From an uncultured Gammaproteobacteria bacterium (GTDB taxonomy: Bacteria; Patescibacteriota; Microgenomatia; Levybacterales; GWA1-39-11): DNA of 64,000 nt. Positions 15,001 to 30,000 of this stretch are shown here, in pieces. A program made the translations under genes and the position numbers. The notes below the pieces were generated by a model that did not search any database, had not been told where the DNA came from, and was given only the letters and a program-made list of their open reading frames with translations. The stretch's first letter is position 1. Each line of letters begins with the position of its first letter. The stretch lies in assembly GCA_964409875.1 (NCBI GenBank), contig CAYPEN010000001.1, positions 356,275 to 420,274 of the forward strand, read 5' to 3'.

Positions 15001-18000
15001 ATAGCTAATGGAACCGTAACATTCTCTAATGCGACTGCATTCAATGCCCTCACTGCCCTTGCGAAAGTCGATAGTCTCCAGGTCGGCGGCGGATACGGTT
15101 CAACAGGGGTAACTATTGGTAATACCGGTAACATCCAGGCAAATGGAACATTGACCGTTGACGGGACGTCAACTCTTACGGGAAATGTTACCGCCTCTGG
15201 AGACCTGGCTGTCAATGGAGCGACAAGCGCTGATATAACAACAACAACCGCAACCGCAACACTCTTTAATACTAATGCAACAACCCTTAATATCGGAGGC
15301 GCAGCAACAACCCTTACTCTTGGTGCAGGTGGCGGAACGACAACATTAACCAACAATCTGGCTGTAACTCTGAACGACAATTCTGTCGATGCGCTTGATA
15401 TACAGGAAGGGACAAATAATTACATCAATGTAAATACTACAGATGGTTCTGAAAACATTTCCTTTGGCAACACCACAACCAATCCGACATACTCATTCTT
15501 AGGTACGGGCGCGACAACCTTCTCAGGTAACATCAATGCCAATTCCGGAACCATTGCTACAAATCAAACTACGGGCAACGTATTCAACACAAATGCAACA
15601 ACTTTGAATATCGGTGGTGCCGCAACCAGCTACACGTTGGGTGCGACGAATGCAACCGGTAACGTAAGGGGCACTACCATCAACTTCCCGAATGCAACCG
15701 CCCTTAATGCTTCATCGGCATTAGCAACCCTTGACTCCGTTTCAGTGGGTGGCGGATACGGTTCGACGGGTACAACACTTTCAAATACCGGCAACATCCA
15801 GGCGAACGGGACATTAACTGTTGATGGCATATCAACGTTGACAGGAGATGTGACTACATCAGGGGATGTTGCTGTTAACGGTGGAGACCTAACAACAACT
15901 GCTGCTACTGCTACACTCTTTAATACAAATGCGACCACCCTTAATATTGGTGGCGCGGCAACGGCTTTAACATTAGGTGCAACAACAGGCACAACCTCTA
16001 TCAGAAACAACCTTATTGTTTCGGGAACATCGACATTCAACGGAGATGTGACCGTTTCAAATGCACGCTCATTTGATGCGTCGGGATCTGCTACCTTTAC
16101 ACCTTCCGGCACAAATGGGGTCACTATCAATACAGATGCGGATTCGTACCTGACTCTTACCGGACTTTCTTCAAGCACGGGAACTCCAATTTGTCTTGAC
16201 GGCTCAAACCATGTAATCGCATGTGCAAACGCAACGCTCTCACTCCAAAATGCATACAATGGCGGAAACACTATTGACACATCAGACAGTAGAGATATTG
16301 CATTTAATCTGTCAGACACCACAACCGACAGCAATTTTGCTGTGACGACCACGACCGGCTCAACAGGCTACAGCGCATTTACCAGGGCCGACGGCGCAGG
16401 AACAGCAGACCCAGCACAGCTCGTTCTTATCCAAAACCTTGATACCAATCGTGCACAGCCGATTGGCTTGAAAGTCGCAGGAGTCTCAGGAGGCAACATC
16501 ACAACAGGAATTGATTTGACCGATTCCAACCTGACGACCGCTTTGGCACTCGGGGCTAACAATGTGTCGGCAACCAACTTCTCGATAGCAGGTTCGACAG
16601 GGAACATCACGACTTCAGGAGATGTAGCTGTAAACGGCGGCGACTTGACAACAACCAATGCTACCGCAACCCTATTTAACGCGAATGCGACAAATCTTTC
16701 AATCGGAAGCGCAGCAACAACTTACACAGTGGGTAGCAACACGGCAACGGGCAATATTCACGGTACAACAGTCAACTTTAATAATGCAACCGCTCTTAAC
16801 GCCGCGTCCGCCTTGGCAACCCTCGATTCCGTTTCAGTGGGCGGTGGATACGGCTCAACCGGAGTTTCCATCTCTAACGCGGGTAATATCCAAGCAAATG
16901 GTGACTTAACTATTGACGGGGCATCAACGCTTACAGGGAACTCGTCTGTCGGTGGCACCTTTGATGTAACGGGTGCAACCACACTCCACTCGACGCTAGC
17001 CGTTACAAGCACCGGTACATTTGGCGGGGACATCAATGCAAATTCCGGCACCATTGCTACCAATCAGACAACCGGCAACATCTTCACGACTAACGCTACC
17101 ACTCTTAATATAGGAAGCGCAGCAACAACCGTCTCGCTCGGAGCGGGAAGCGGTACAACAACAGTCAACAATGCCCTGACGGCAACAGGTCTTATCACCG
17201 GTAACGCAGGGGTAACGGTTCCTTCCGGCCAGACTCTTTCTGCAAGCGGTCAGTCGACCTTTGCACCGAATTCAACAAATGACATAACATTTACAACCGA
17301 TGCTGACTCAACGATACATATCACAGGCCTTAGTGATACTACCGGTACACCACTTTGTCTGAACGGAACAAACGATGTTATTACCTGCTCGGGAAATAGC
17401 ATTACCCTGCAAAATGCGTATAACGGCGGCAACACAATTGACACATCTGACAACCGGGATATTGCGTTCAATCTGTCAAATACAACAACCGACAGCAATT
17501 TTGCTGTGACGACCACGACCGGCTCAACGGGCTACAGTGCATTTACAAGAGCAGACGGAGCTGGAACTGCAGACCCGGCACAATTGGTTCTCATCAAAAA
17601 TCTTGATACCAACCGGGCTCAGCCGATTGGCTTGAAAGTCGCAGGAGTTTCAGGAGGTAACATAACAACGGGAATTGATCTTACCGACAGCAACCTGACC
17701 ACCGCTCTTGCTTTGGGAGCAAACAATGTGTCAGCAACCAATTTCTCCCTCACCGGTTCAACGGGAGATATAACTACCGCTGGGGATATTGCAGTCAACG
17801 GCGGAGACGTGACTACAACTTCTTCAACCGGCAACCTCTTCAATGCGAATGCAACAACCGTTAATATTGCAGGCGCAGGGACCGGGGTCACAATCGGTGC
17901 CAACAATTCGGGAACGACGACCATCAGAAATGCTGCCGTTACATTCTCAAACGCTTCAACATTTGATGCGCTGAGCGCGACAGCCGGATTTGACACAGTT

Positions 18001-21000
18001 AACGTTGGTGGTGGATACGGTTCAACCGGCACTACCCTTTCTAACACAGGCAATATCCAGGCAAATGGGAACCTCACTATTGACGGTACTTCATTGCTAA
18101 CTGGTGCAGTTACCGCTTCAAATGGTATTACCGTTTCTGGCACTACAACTGCAGATATTATCTCATCAAAGACAACCGCAAACTTGTTTAACACTACCGC
18201 TACTACTCTTAATGTCGGTGGTGCCGCAACGACACTAGCTTTGGGAGCGTCAACGGGAACGGCGACTATCAACAACCTTACTCTTTCACTGCCGAATGCA
18301 ACAACTATCAATGCAACCGCTGCAACGGCTAATATTGACACTCTTAATGTCGGTGCCGGATACGGTTCAACTGGAGTCACCGTATCCAATGCAGGCAACA
18401 TCCAAGCCAATGGTGATTTGACCATTGATGGTTTGACAACATTGACCGGAAATCTTACTGAGACAGGAGATATTGCACTTAACGGTGGAGATCTTACTTC
18501 AAGCGCATCGACATTTAATATAGTAAATGCGGGTGTAACAACGCTTAATATCGGAGGTGCGGCAACGACTGTTACGCTTGGTGCCGGAACCGGAACAACA
18601 ACATTGAACAACAATTTGACTGCAAACTTGGTTGATAACAATACCGACGCGCTTGATATACAGGAAGCATCAAACAACTACATTAATATCAATACAACCA
18701 ACGGTTCGGAGAATATCTCATTCGGAAACACCACGACCAATCCGACCTACTCATTCTTGGGAACCGGTGCATCAACATTTAGTGGCAATATCAATGCCAA
18801 TTCGGGAACCATTGCGACCAATCAAACGACCGGTAATTTATTCAATACGACGGCAACCACACTTAATCTCGGTGGTGCAGCAACCACTTTAACTATTGGC
18901 GCAACTACCGGAACGGCCTCGGTGAGAAATGCAAATGTTACTCTTCCGAACGCGCTCGTAGGAATCGGCACAAACTCGCCAGCATCAGCATTGTTCGTAA
19001 CACGCCCGGCAAACCTTGCGTTTACCGGAAAAGCCGTAGCAATTTTTGACCAGAATGAGAACCAGGATATTATCACGGCCTCAGCATCCGGTACAACACG
19101 ATTTACGGTTGCAAGAACAGGAGATGTGGCAACATCTGGAGACGTAAATGTAAATGGAGGGGATATCATTACTTCTACTACAGGAACTGCGACGGTATTT
19201 AACACCAACGCCACAACCCTTAACATAGGTGGAGCTGCGACGGCGATTTCAATAGGGAATGGTTCAGGTTCAACAACCGTCAATAATGCACTCACGGCTG
19301 CTGGAACTATAAGTGCCAATGGAGGTTTGAATGTTGCAACCAACCAAACGCTTCAAGCGCTGGGACAATCAACCTTCACACCTTCAGGCACCAATGGTGT
19401 TACTATCACAACAGACAGTGATTCATTCCTGACGCTCGACGGTTTGCAATCATCATCAGGAACCGCACTTTGTGTGGATGGATCTAACCATGTGATAACC
19501 TGTGCAGCCGCCTCACAAAGCTTGCAGGCAGCCTACAACAATGGCAATACCATCAACACTTCCAACAACAGAGATATAGCCTTCACATTGTCCGATACAG
19601 CAACCGACAGTAACTTCACCGTGACTACGGCTGCAGGCTCAACAAGCACTTCAAAATTTGTGCTTGCAGATGGCTCTAATGCTACTCCGCCCTCCCAGCT
19701 CATACTGATTGACAATGCAGACAGCAACCAAGCCTTGACCTCGGGTCTCAAAGTGACCGCTTCAGGAGGAGCCGGAGGCGGCGTTACAACTGCATTGGAT
19801 GTATCTGACTCGTCAATTGTAACGGCTATTGATTTGGGTGCAAATGATATAGCCGGTACGAATTTCTCGGTTGACGGCTCGACAGGAGACACAACTATTG
19901 CAGGTACTATTAATGCAAATGGGGGAACTATTGCTACCACCAACACATCGGCAAGCGTGTTCAATGCAACTGCTACGACACTTAACGTGGGTGGCGCAGC
20001 GACATCCCTTACGCTCGGTGCGACAACAGGTACGGCTTCTATTAGAAATGCCACACTGTCATTGCCCAATGCAACAACGGTTAATGCAACAGGTGCAACC
20101 GCCAACTTCTCGCAGGTAACAACCGGAGGAGGATATGCCTCAACAGGAACGTCAATCACTAACACTGGCGACATTTCAGCAAAAGGAAACCTGACCATTG
20201 ATGGTACATCACAATTAACAGGCGCTCTTACAGCCTCTGCCGGCATCACTGTTTCTGGCGCTTCATCAGCTGACCTTATCTCATCAAAGACAACCGCAAA
20301 TCTGTTCAATACTACAGCCACAACGCTTAATATCGGTGGCGCTGCCACAACCATATCCCTCGGTGCCGCAGGAGGAACGACAACGGTGAATGGTGGCTTG
20401 ACGGTTGCTTCCGGAAAAACGTTGCTTGCCCAAGGGCAGTCAACATTTACCCCTTCCGGCACCAATGGGGTAACAATAAATACTGACTCTGATTCATTCC
20501 TGACCATTACCGGCCTTTCATCTGTTACGGGAAGCGCAGTTTGTGTGGATGGCTCTAACCATGTCGGAACCTGTAACGCCGCCTCACAAAGCTTGCAGGC
20601 AGCCTACAACAATGGCAACACCATTCTAACTTCAGACAACAGGGATATTGCATTTACTCTTTCAGATACCACAACCGACAGTAAGTTCACTGTTACAACT
20701 GCAACGGGGGCAACCGGCGGTAGTGAATTCACAAGAGCAGACGGAGCTGGAACTGCAGACCCTTCACAATTGGTTCTCATCAAAAATCTTGATACCAACA
20801 GAGCCCTTCCTGTAGGTCTTAAGATTGCAGGGGTAACTGGTGGAAATGTTACGACGGCAATTGATCTTTCAGACACCAATATTACAACTGCCCTCTCCCT
20901 TGGAGTTGGTGATGTTACTGCCACCCACTACACCATTACTGGTTCTAATGGAAATATCTCAACTGATGGAACGTTGACCGTTAAGGGCGGAACAATCGGC

Positions 21001-24000
21001 ACTAATCAAGCGTCATTTGACCTTCTCAATGCAACCGCGACAACCATCAACTTTGGAGGAGCTGCCTCAACCCTCAATATCGGAGCAACAGGTGGAACGG
21101 CTACCATCGCAAATGACACCCTATCACTTCCAAATGCTACCGGAATTAACGCAGGCTCAGCTGTTTTGACAATTGATTCCGCTTCAATTGGTGGCGGATA
21201 CGGTTCAACTGGAATTGCTCTCTCAAATACTGGGGACGTATCGGCAAATGGGAATCTTACAATTGACGGTACCTCCCAATTAACAGGAGCGGTTACTGCC
21301 TCAGCCGGCATTACTGTCTCAGGTGCATCAAGTGCAGACCTTATCTCATCAAAGACAACTGCCAACCTATTCAATACAACAGCTACAACTCTTAACATCG
21401 GCGGTGCTGCCACAACCCTTTCACTTGGAGCAGCAGCAGGCACTACAACCGTGAATGGTAATTTAACAGTCGGAGCAAATAAGACATTGACTTCAACAGG
21501 TGCTGTGTCCTTTACCCCATCAGGCACTAATGGCGTGACCATCACAACTGATACTGATTCATTCCTGACGGTTCCCGGCCTTACAACAACTGTTGGTGTC
21601 CAGCCGGCTGTCTGTATCGACGGGTCAAATCACATAGTGAAGTGCGATGCCACAGCCAACAATAGCTTGCAGACTGCATACAACAATGGAAATACCATAT
21701 TTACCTCCAACAATAGGGATATCGCATTCACCTTGTCAGATACTGCAACCGACAGCAACTTTACTGTCACTACCGCTGCGGGCTCGACAAGCACTTCAAA
21801 GTTTGTGTTAGCTGACGGTTCCAACCCTACACCAGCCGCGCAACTTGTTCTTATAGATAATGCTGACGCCAATCAACCTGCTACCGCCGGCCTTAAAGTT
21901 ACATCAACCGGTGGCGGAGGTGTCACTACCGCACTTGATGTATCCGATGCAAGTATTGTTACAGGACTTGCGCTCGGAGGAAGTGCAATAACGGGCACTA
22001 ACTTCAATGTTGCAAGCACGGGAGACATTACAACCGCCGCAAATATAGCTGTGAACGGCGGGTCGATTACTACCTCAGGTGCAACAGGTTCGGTGTTTGA
22101 CACTAATGCAACGACAGTTACTGTTGGTAGCGCGGCAACTTCATATACACTTGGTGCGACAACGGCAACTGGGAACCTCAGGGGTACTACCATCAACTTC
22201 CCGAATGCCACAACCATTTCAGCAGGAAGTGCTGCTCTAAATGTTCTCTCAACTGCTATCGGCGGCGGGTATGGATCAACTGGATTGAGTATTACCAATG
22301 CAGGTGATTTATCAACAAATGGAAACGTCACTGTTGATGGTACCTCCCAATTAACAGGAGCGGTTACTGCCTCAGCCGGCATTACTGTCTCAGGTGCATC
22401 AAGTGCAGACCTTATCTCATCAAAGACAACTGCCAACCTATTCAATACAACAGCTACAACTCTTAACATCGGCGGTGCTGCCACAACCCTTTCACTTGGA
22501 GCAGCAGCAGGCACTACAACCGTGAATGGTAATTTAACTGTTGCTTCGTCAAAGACCTTGTCAGCTCTTGGACCAGTTTCACTTGATCCTAACGCAGCAA
22601 ATGATGTAACCATTACAACAGACTACACAGCAGGTTCTTACTTGGTTATTCCAGGGCTTGATACCCAAGCAGGCTCGATACTTTGCGTAGACGGGTCAAA
22701 TAATGTTGTTAAGTGCGCAGCTTCTTCCCAAAGTTTACAAACTACTTATAATGCCGGAAACACTATAAATACTTCTGATGCCCGTGATATTGCATTTACT
22801 CTTTCCGATACCACAACCGATAGCAAATTCACGGTTACCACAGCAGACGGTTCTACCGGTTATTCACTATTCGAACGGGCAAATGGAACGGGAGTTGCCG
22901 ATCCGTCACAGTTAATACTTGTGAATAATGCAGATACCAACAGACCCGTGCCAACAGGAATCAAGGTTACTTCATCAGGCGGTGGCGGAGTAACAACTGC
23001 ACTTGATGTATCCGATTCGGGAATAACCACCGGTCTTGCGCTTGGCGCGACGGCGATTACCGGTACCAACTTTAGCGTGACTTCGGGTGGTTCAATCACT
23101 GCCGCAGGAGATGCAGCCATTAATAACGGCAACATTACAACTACGTCAACAGGAACTGCCGCTGTCTTTAACACTAATGCGACTACCCTTAACATGGGCG
23201 GAGACGCAACTGCCTATACGTTGGGTGCGACAACGGCAACCGGGAACCTCAGGGGTACTACCATCAACTTCCCGAATGCAACAACCATTTCTGCGGGAAG
23301 CGCTGACCTTAATATCCTCTCAACCTCAATTGGAGGGGGTTACGGCTCAACGGGGGTAACAATAACCAATGCCGGAGATATTTCGACTGATGGAAATGTA
23401 GTGATAGGTGGAACAACTACCTCAACCGGTCTTGTGACGGCTTCAACAGGTCTTAAAGTAAACGGTGCTTCTCAGGCTGATATTACAACGGATAAGACAA
23501 CTGCCACTGTCTTTAACTCAACAGCAACAACCCTTAAATTGGGAGAGGCTGCAACGACCGTTTCAATTGGTGCTGGAGGAGGAACAACGACTGTTAATGG
23601 AGCGCTCACCGTTGCATCCGGCAAGACATTTACGGCAAATGGCGCAGTAAGTCTTGCGCCATCAGGCTCAAATGGGGTCACTATTAATACGCCTAACGGT
23701 TCATCGTCATACCTGTCTCTCCTTGGGTTAACCGGCGGAGCAGGAACTTCCCTTTGTATTGATGGCTCGAATCACGTTGTTACATGTAGCGCAGGCTCAT
23801 CTGCTGCTACCCTGCAATCTGCATATAACACCGGAAACACCATCAACACTTCAGACAACAAAGACATAGCCTTCTCTCTGTCTGATACATCAACCGATAG
23901 TAAGTTTACTGTCACAACTGCTACTAATTCTACAGGCGGAACAGAATTCTTAAGGGCAGATGGTGCTGGTACAAATGACCCTTCACAATTGGTTCTTATA

Positions 24001-27000
24001 AAAAACCAAGATACGAATCGCGCGCTCCCAATTGGTCTTAAGGTTGCAGGTGTGTCGGGTGGAAATGTAACGACAGCACTTGATGTTTCGGATGCAAACG
24101 TTGTTACCGGTCTCGCATTAGGAGCATCCGCGATTACCGGTACCAATTTCGGAGTAGCTACCAACGGCGATATCACAACCGGTGGAGATATTGCTGTTAA
24201 TGGAGGAGACATTACAACCTCAAATACAACGGCTACAGTATTTAATACAAATGCCACGTCTGTCAATGCATTCGGTGATGCTACGACATTAATACTTGGC
24301 GCCAACAATTCCGGAACGGCAACCATCAGAAATTCGACCGTTACTCTTTCAAATGCAACGGCATTTAATGCAACGAGTGCTACCGGCGCCTTCAGCGTTT
24401 TGACAACAGGCGGCGGATACGCATCAGCAGGGACAACCATTGGTGCAACAGGCAACATTCAGACAAAGGGAGCACTTACCATAGACTCAACATCTACCTT
24501 GACCGGTCTGGTTACCGCATCAAGCGGCATAAAAATTAACGGTACGACGAGTGCTGACATCACAACGGATAAGACAACGGCAAACATCTTTGACTCAACC
24601 GCTACTACCATCAATCTCGGAGGCGGCGCAACAACTGCTCTCAATATTGCAAACGGTACCACCAACTACTCTGCTATTAATATAGGAAACGGGAATATCA
24701 CCTCAGGCACGAATACCATAGCAATTGGAAATGGAGCATCCGGCACAGGAGTTGAGGCAATAACCATTGGTAGCACAAATTCTTCGTCATCATTAGCGCT
24801 TAATGCAGGAACCGGCAATATATCTCTCTCGTCTGCCGGTACGCTCTCATTTACGGGTAGTGGCGCGTCATCGACAACGACATTCAATGTTCCATCAAGC
24901 CTGGCTTCAGCCTTTGACATCAAGCAGGCCGGAAATGATTACCTCAATATTTCAACAAACGGTACTCCTTCGCTTACTTTTGGAAACGGTACCACCAACC
25001 CAACCTACAGCTTTGCCGGAACAGGAAATGTCACGATAACAGGTGACCTTATTGTTAACGGTGGAGATGTTTCTGCAACCTCAGGAACATCTGTCAATCT
25101 CTTCAATACAGCTCAGACAACTTCTCTTAATGTTGGCGGATCTGCAGATGTTGCGCTCGGTGGTTCATCAAAGACCGTGACCGTTGGAGGAAACTTGACC
25201 GTCAACGGTGCGACTACGTCACTTGCTTCAACTGCTATTAATCTAACCGGAAATGGAGTAACCCTTGACCAGTCAGGTACGGGAACTTTGAGCATTAACA
25301 CAACCACCAATCGAGCAATCACACTTGGTTCGGGCACATTAACGCTTAACGGTAACACCATCAACCTTGCTGGTTCTGCTCCTGCTATTGCTGCAACAAC
25401 AACAAATGCTGCGCTTGCGCTTGACAGTAACGGAAGTGGCGCTCTTAACCTTCAAGGAACCAACAGTACTGGTAATGTAAATATAGCTGGAGGTTCAGGG
25501 TCAACAGGATGTACCATCACAAACTCAACCGGAGCGTTGGTTTGTGCAGGTTCCATAACATCAAATGCATCAACCGGAACCGTACAGCAAGGTTTCTTTA
25601 CCAAAGATTACAATACAAAGGTAATTTCAAATACCGCAGGAGATGACTACTTTGCCCTCGCAACATCAGGAGGAGCCAATTCTCTCCTATCCCTCTCATC
25701 ATCAGCTCTCACAACAAGCGGCGTTGCAGCATTTAATAATGCAGTTACCATTTCAGGCACTGCCGCTTCATCAACGTACTATGGCCAAAAGTTAGCCGTT
25801 ACTAATAACCAAGCTACAAATGCCGATACGGTGTACGGTCAATACATAACCTTCACCGATGCGGGAAGCTTAGCAAACACCATAACTGGTCTTTATGTGG
25901 ACGCTTCAACTGCAAACACTGCAGACACAACATATGCTGCAGTGTTTAGGAACACGTCAGGTGCGGCGGGGGTTGTCGGAATCGGAACTTCTGCTCCGAC
26001 TGCCGACCTTGACATCTCATCAGCACAGACTACCGGAAATGTCTTGAAGATTACCGATAACTCAATTACATCGGGCAACTTTATAACGGTTTCAAATAAG
26101 AACGCAAATTCTGTTACACCTTCAATACTAACCCTTAATGACCGCGATTTGACTGTCGGAGGGCACACAGACTTTAAGGCACCGGCCGGAAATGGGACCA
26201 TTTCCGACGTATTTGTGTATGACACTACAAAGGATTCAGACGGAGGTAACTGGACTGATAGTGATGCAGCGCGCTCCTCTTCGTGGTACAACGAGACACT
26301 TGACCACGCAGCTTCTACCTGTGTCGAGGGCACAGATGACAGGTGCGGACAACGAGCCTTCCCGCGAAAAGCGATAATTGTTGCAACCAATAGCGGTTCA
26401 AATGGAGCAAATGTTTCAATTTATGATGCCAAAGACAATTCACTTTGGATGCAGTTCCAAAAGAGCGGTTCGACAGATGGCATGATCGGTACTGCTACAA
26501 GCAACACTATTTCCTCAGTCTATGCTCTTAACGGAAAACTTTATGTCGGAAATAACGGTGCTTCAGCTGGAGGACTGTATGTCATCGACTTTACCCGAGA
26601 CACTGCATATAAATACAAGGCAACAGGAAATTACAATGGTTCGCTTCCAATTTCAAGCAGAAATTCTGCCAACACCTGGCTTGCGTATACAACGACAGGC
26701 AATAGCCTTATACCAAGCGCTACTATCAACCATGTAAGGGCTGCCTACATTCACGGGAAAGATTACTTTGCGGTCGCTACAGCCGGTGGAACAAGAGGAG
26801 CGGTTGGTCTCTTCAATTACACAACCCAAACACTAATTGCAAACTTTGGGGCGAACACTAACTCTACTCACGTTGCGCTTACCCCGAACGGCACACTCTA
26901 TTACACGATCACAAGCGGCAGCAATAATGCTATAAAGGCAAAGTACAATGCAATCTCAGCGTCAGGCAACACGCAGCTTGCAAGCGTAGTATACGGAACA

Positions 27001-30000
27001 ACATCAACTTCAAATTATGGAGCAACAACTACTGATACCAATACTTTTGGAAGCCTTTCATTCACGGCAGGACCTGCTCCTGTTGATGCAACATTTGCTC
27101 CAACGGGTCTTACTGTTGTTCCCAACTCTTCAACGGTTGATGGAACGTCAGATGTCATCTATGCTCCAAATGCTGATAACGTCTTAAGAATTGATACAAA
27201 GTACGGAGACGAGACGAATGGCATGGCTAAATACTACAATGCCAACTTTATTTCAGAAGACCTTATCGGTGACATCAGGGGCTACTTGCCATTTAATGGC
27301 TCTGGCAGCCTTGCAAATAATACGGCAATCACCGGTTCAACAGTGAAGGGCAATTCTTACATATCAAAGAATGCTAACGGAACCGGTATGGCGTATGGTT
27401 CAGGTGTCAGAGGAACAGGCCTTACCGGCATGACAACAGACGACTACATTTGTACTGGTTCAGGAAGTACTTGTGCAGATGATGCCGACTTTGATACGAC
27501 GACAGGAAGCATGACATTCGGAGCATGGGTAAAGAGGTCTTCAACAGGTTCTCTTCAAACAATTATGGCAAAGATGGGGAACGCCAATGCAGACCGCGCG
27601 TTCAGGCTTTCAATGAGTTCAACAGACTTCCCCACCCTTGAGGTAATGAATGGTACGGGAACCACAAGGACTGCTACCTCAGGTCAGGCAATAACAGACA
27701 CGACTAACTGGCACTATGTTGTCGGAGTATTCGACAACTCCGGCGGAAATCAGTATCTGTACGTTGATGGCGTTCAGGTAGCAACAACTACCAACACAAA
27801 TGACTCTGCCAACTCTGGTGTTGCATTCACCGTTGGTGCAGACCTCTCTGGCGCCTCAAACGCTGCAGCTGACTTCTGGAACGGTTCTATTGATGAACCG
27901 TTCTTCACAAGTGAAGTATTGTCCGCTACCCAAATCCAGCATATGTATGCTGTTGGACTTCAAGCTCTCCAAAACCACACCGCTTCCAGAGTCACAGGAG
28001 TAACAGGAGCTGATACCTATCAGAGGCTTTCGGGTGGTGGTAGTGCGGGTGTGGGTGTTTCAACTGCAACGTCAGTTGCAGTTGATGATAGTAATTCTAA
28101 GGTATTCATAGGTACAAGCGACGGTACAACAAATACCGGCGGCGTGTCGGTTATCTCAAATGCTTCCGATTCTCTGGTTGACCTATACTCTTCGGTCAAT
28201 ACTACGAAAGTTGACGACGGGAATAATACAATTGCAGCAAATGATGTGGTTGCTGTTTCGGTTTCAGGAAGCCCAACCAACGGTCAAGTTTTGGCTATTG
28301 GAGGTACAAATGACACTACCTATAAGGTCTGGGCTGAAACAAAGGATGTAAGCTTCCAGAACTTTATTGCCTCAAACTACAATCCCTTTGGAACAACACT
28401 AGTCCAACAGAACTTGAATGTAAATGGAATACTAAGTCTTAATAATGGAGGCATTGTATCAACGAGCACTAATTTCAATATCGACTTGCCTACCCTTTCC
28501 ACCTTCAGCATTTCAAATAGCTTGGGTACTATTCTTGCCCTGACCGATACGGCAACTACAGACACGCTCAGCCTTGGACTTGCAGGTTCCCGCAATGGCG
28601 CCATCTCATTCCAATCATCCGGCGCAGGAATTTCGGCACCGACAATTGCTGCAGACAGTCTTGGGAATTTGACCGTCCAGACAAATCAGTCGGGCACAAA
28701 TGTGACCGTCGGAAGCGGAAACGGAGCCATCAACATTGTTCCGACAAGCAACAACAACGTATTTGTATCACTTGGCTCCGGAGGCGCAACGGGAGATGTT
28801 CTTTACCAATCAAATGGAACGACATTCTCAACATTTACCGATACTGGGCGCGTCGGGGTAGGTAATTTCACCCCAACCGGATTCAAGTTTGAGGTTCAGG
28901 ATTCGCAGACTGCTTCTGCAGCTGCTCAAATTTACAATACATCAAGCAACACAGATGCTGACGGCCTTGTTGTGAAGCTTGGAAACACCTCGACCACGAC
29001 AGTATCAACGACAAATCATTTCATCAACTTTGAAACATCCGGAATTGGTATTGTCGGTAGCATCCAGGGTAATGGCGGTAAGAACGTCAACTACAAGACC
29101 AATGGTGTAGCTGACTTTTCTGAGTACATGAAGAAAGATCCGAATGAAGCTATACCTTGGGGTTCACTTGTTTGTCTTGGTACGGATGGAAATGTTCATC
29201 CATGCAACAACAACGGTGAGAAAGCTGTTGGAGTCGCTTCGGAATTCCCGACATTTACAGGAGGAGAAGATTTGGGTGACTCATCAATCACCGTTGGACT
29301 TTCAGGAATGGTGAATACCGTTGTTTCTAGCGCAAATGGTGACATCAATCCCGGAGACATGATTGCAGTATCCGCAACAACCGGTGTTGGGGTGAAGGCA
29401 ACCCAAGCTGGAGCAATAATCGGACGTGCTGTCGGTTCGTATTCCAATGCTGATACGAACGCAACAGGTAAGATTCTGGTTTCGGTTAATGTCGGGTACT
29501 ATGATCCGAATAATATTGCCACACACTTGAATTGGAACAATGGTACCCTTACTGCAGAAGGTGACCTGGTGACAACCGGCCAGCTTTCTGCAGGCACTGC
29601 TCTTCTTGGTTCAAGTGGTCAACTGTCGGTTGATGCTAACGGAAACATGTCGACGACCGGTGACATTATCGCCTCAAGTTTTGCTATTACAAACGGCAAG
29701 ATTTACTCCGACAACAATGGGAATCTTGTCAATCAGCTTGCAACAGATCTTAATGGCAACAACAATCCAACTAAGTTTGCCTTCAAGAATGCTGCCGGCA
29801 TGGAAGTTATGGGAATTGACAGTAATGGAAATGCGACCATTTCAGGAACTTTGACGACTAATATCGGTAACTACGATTTGGCAGAGGATTATCCGACCAA
29901 AGACGCAACAATTGAAGCAGGTGACGTTGTTGCGATTGATTCTGACAACGATACGCACATCACGAAGTCCCAGAAGGCATACGATACAGGCGTTATCGGT

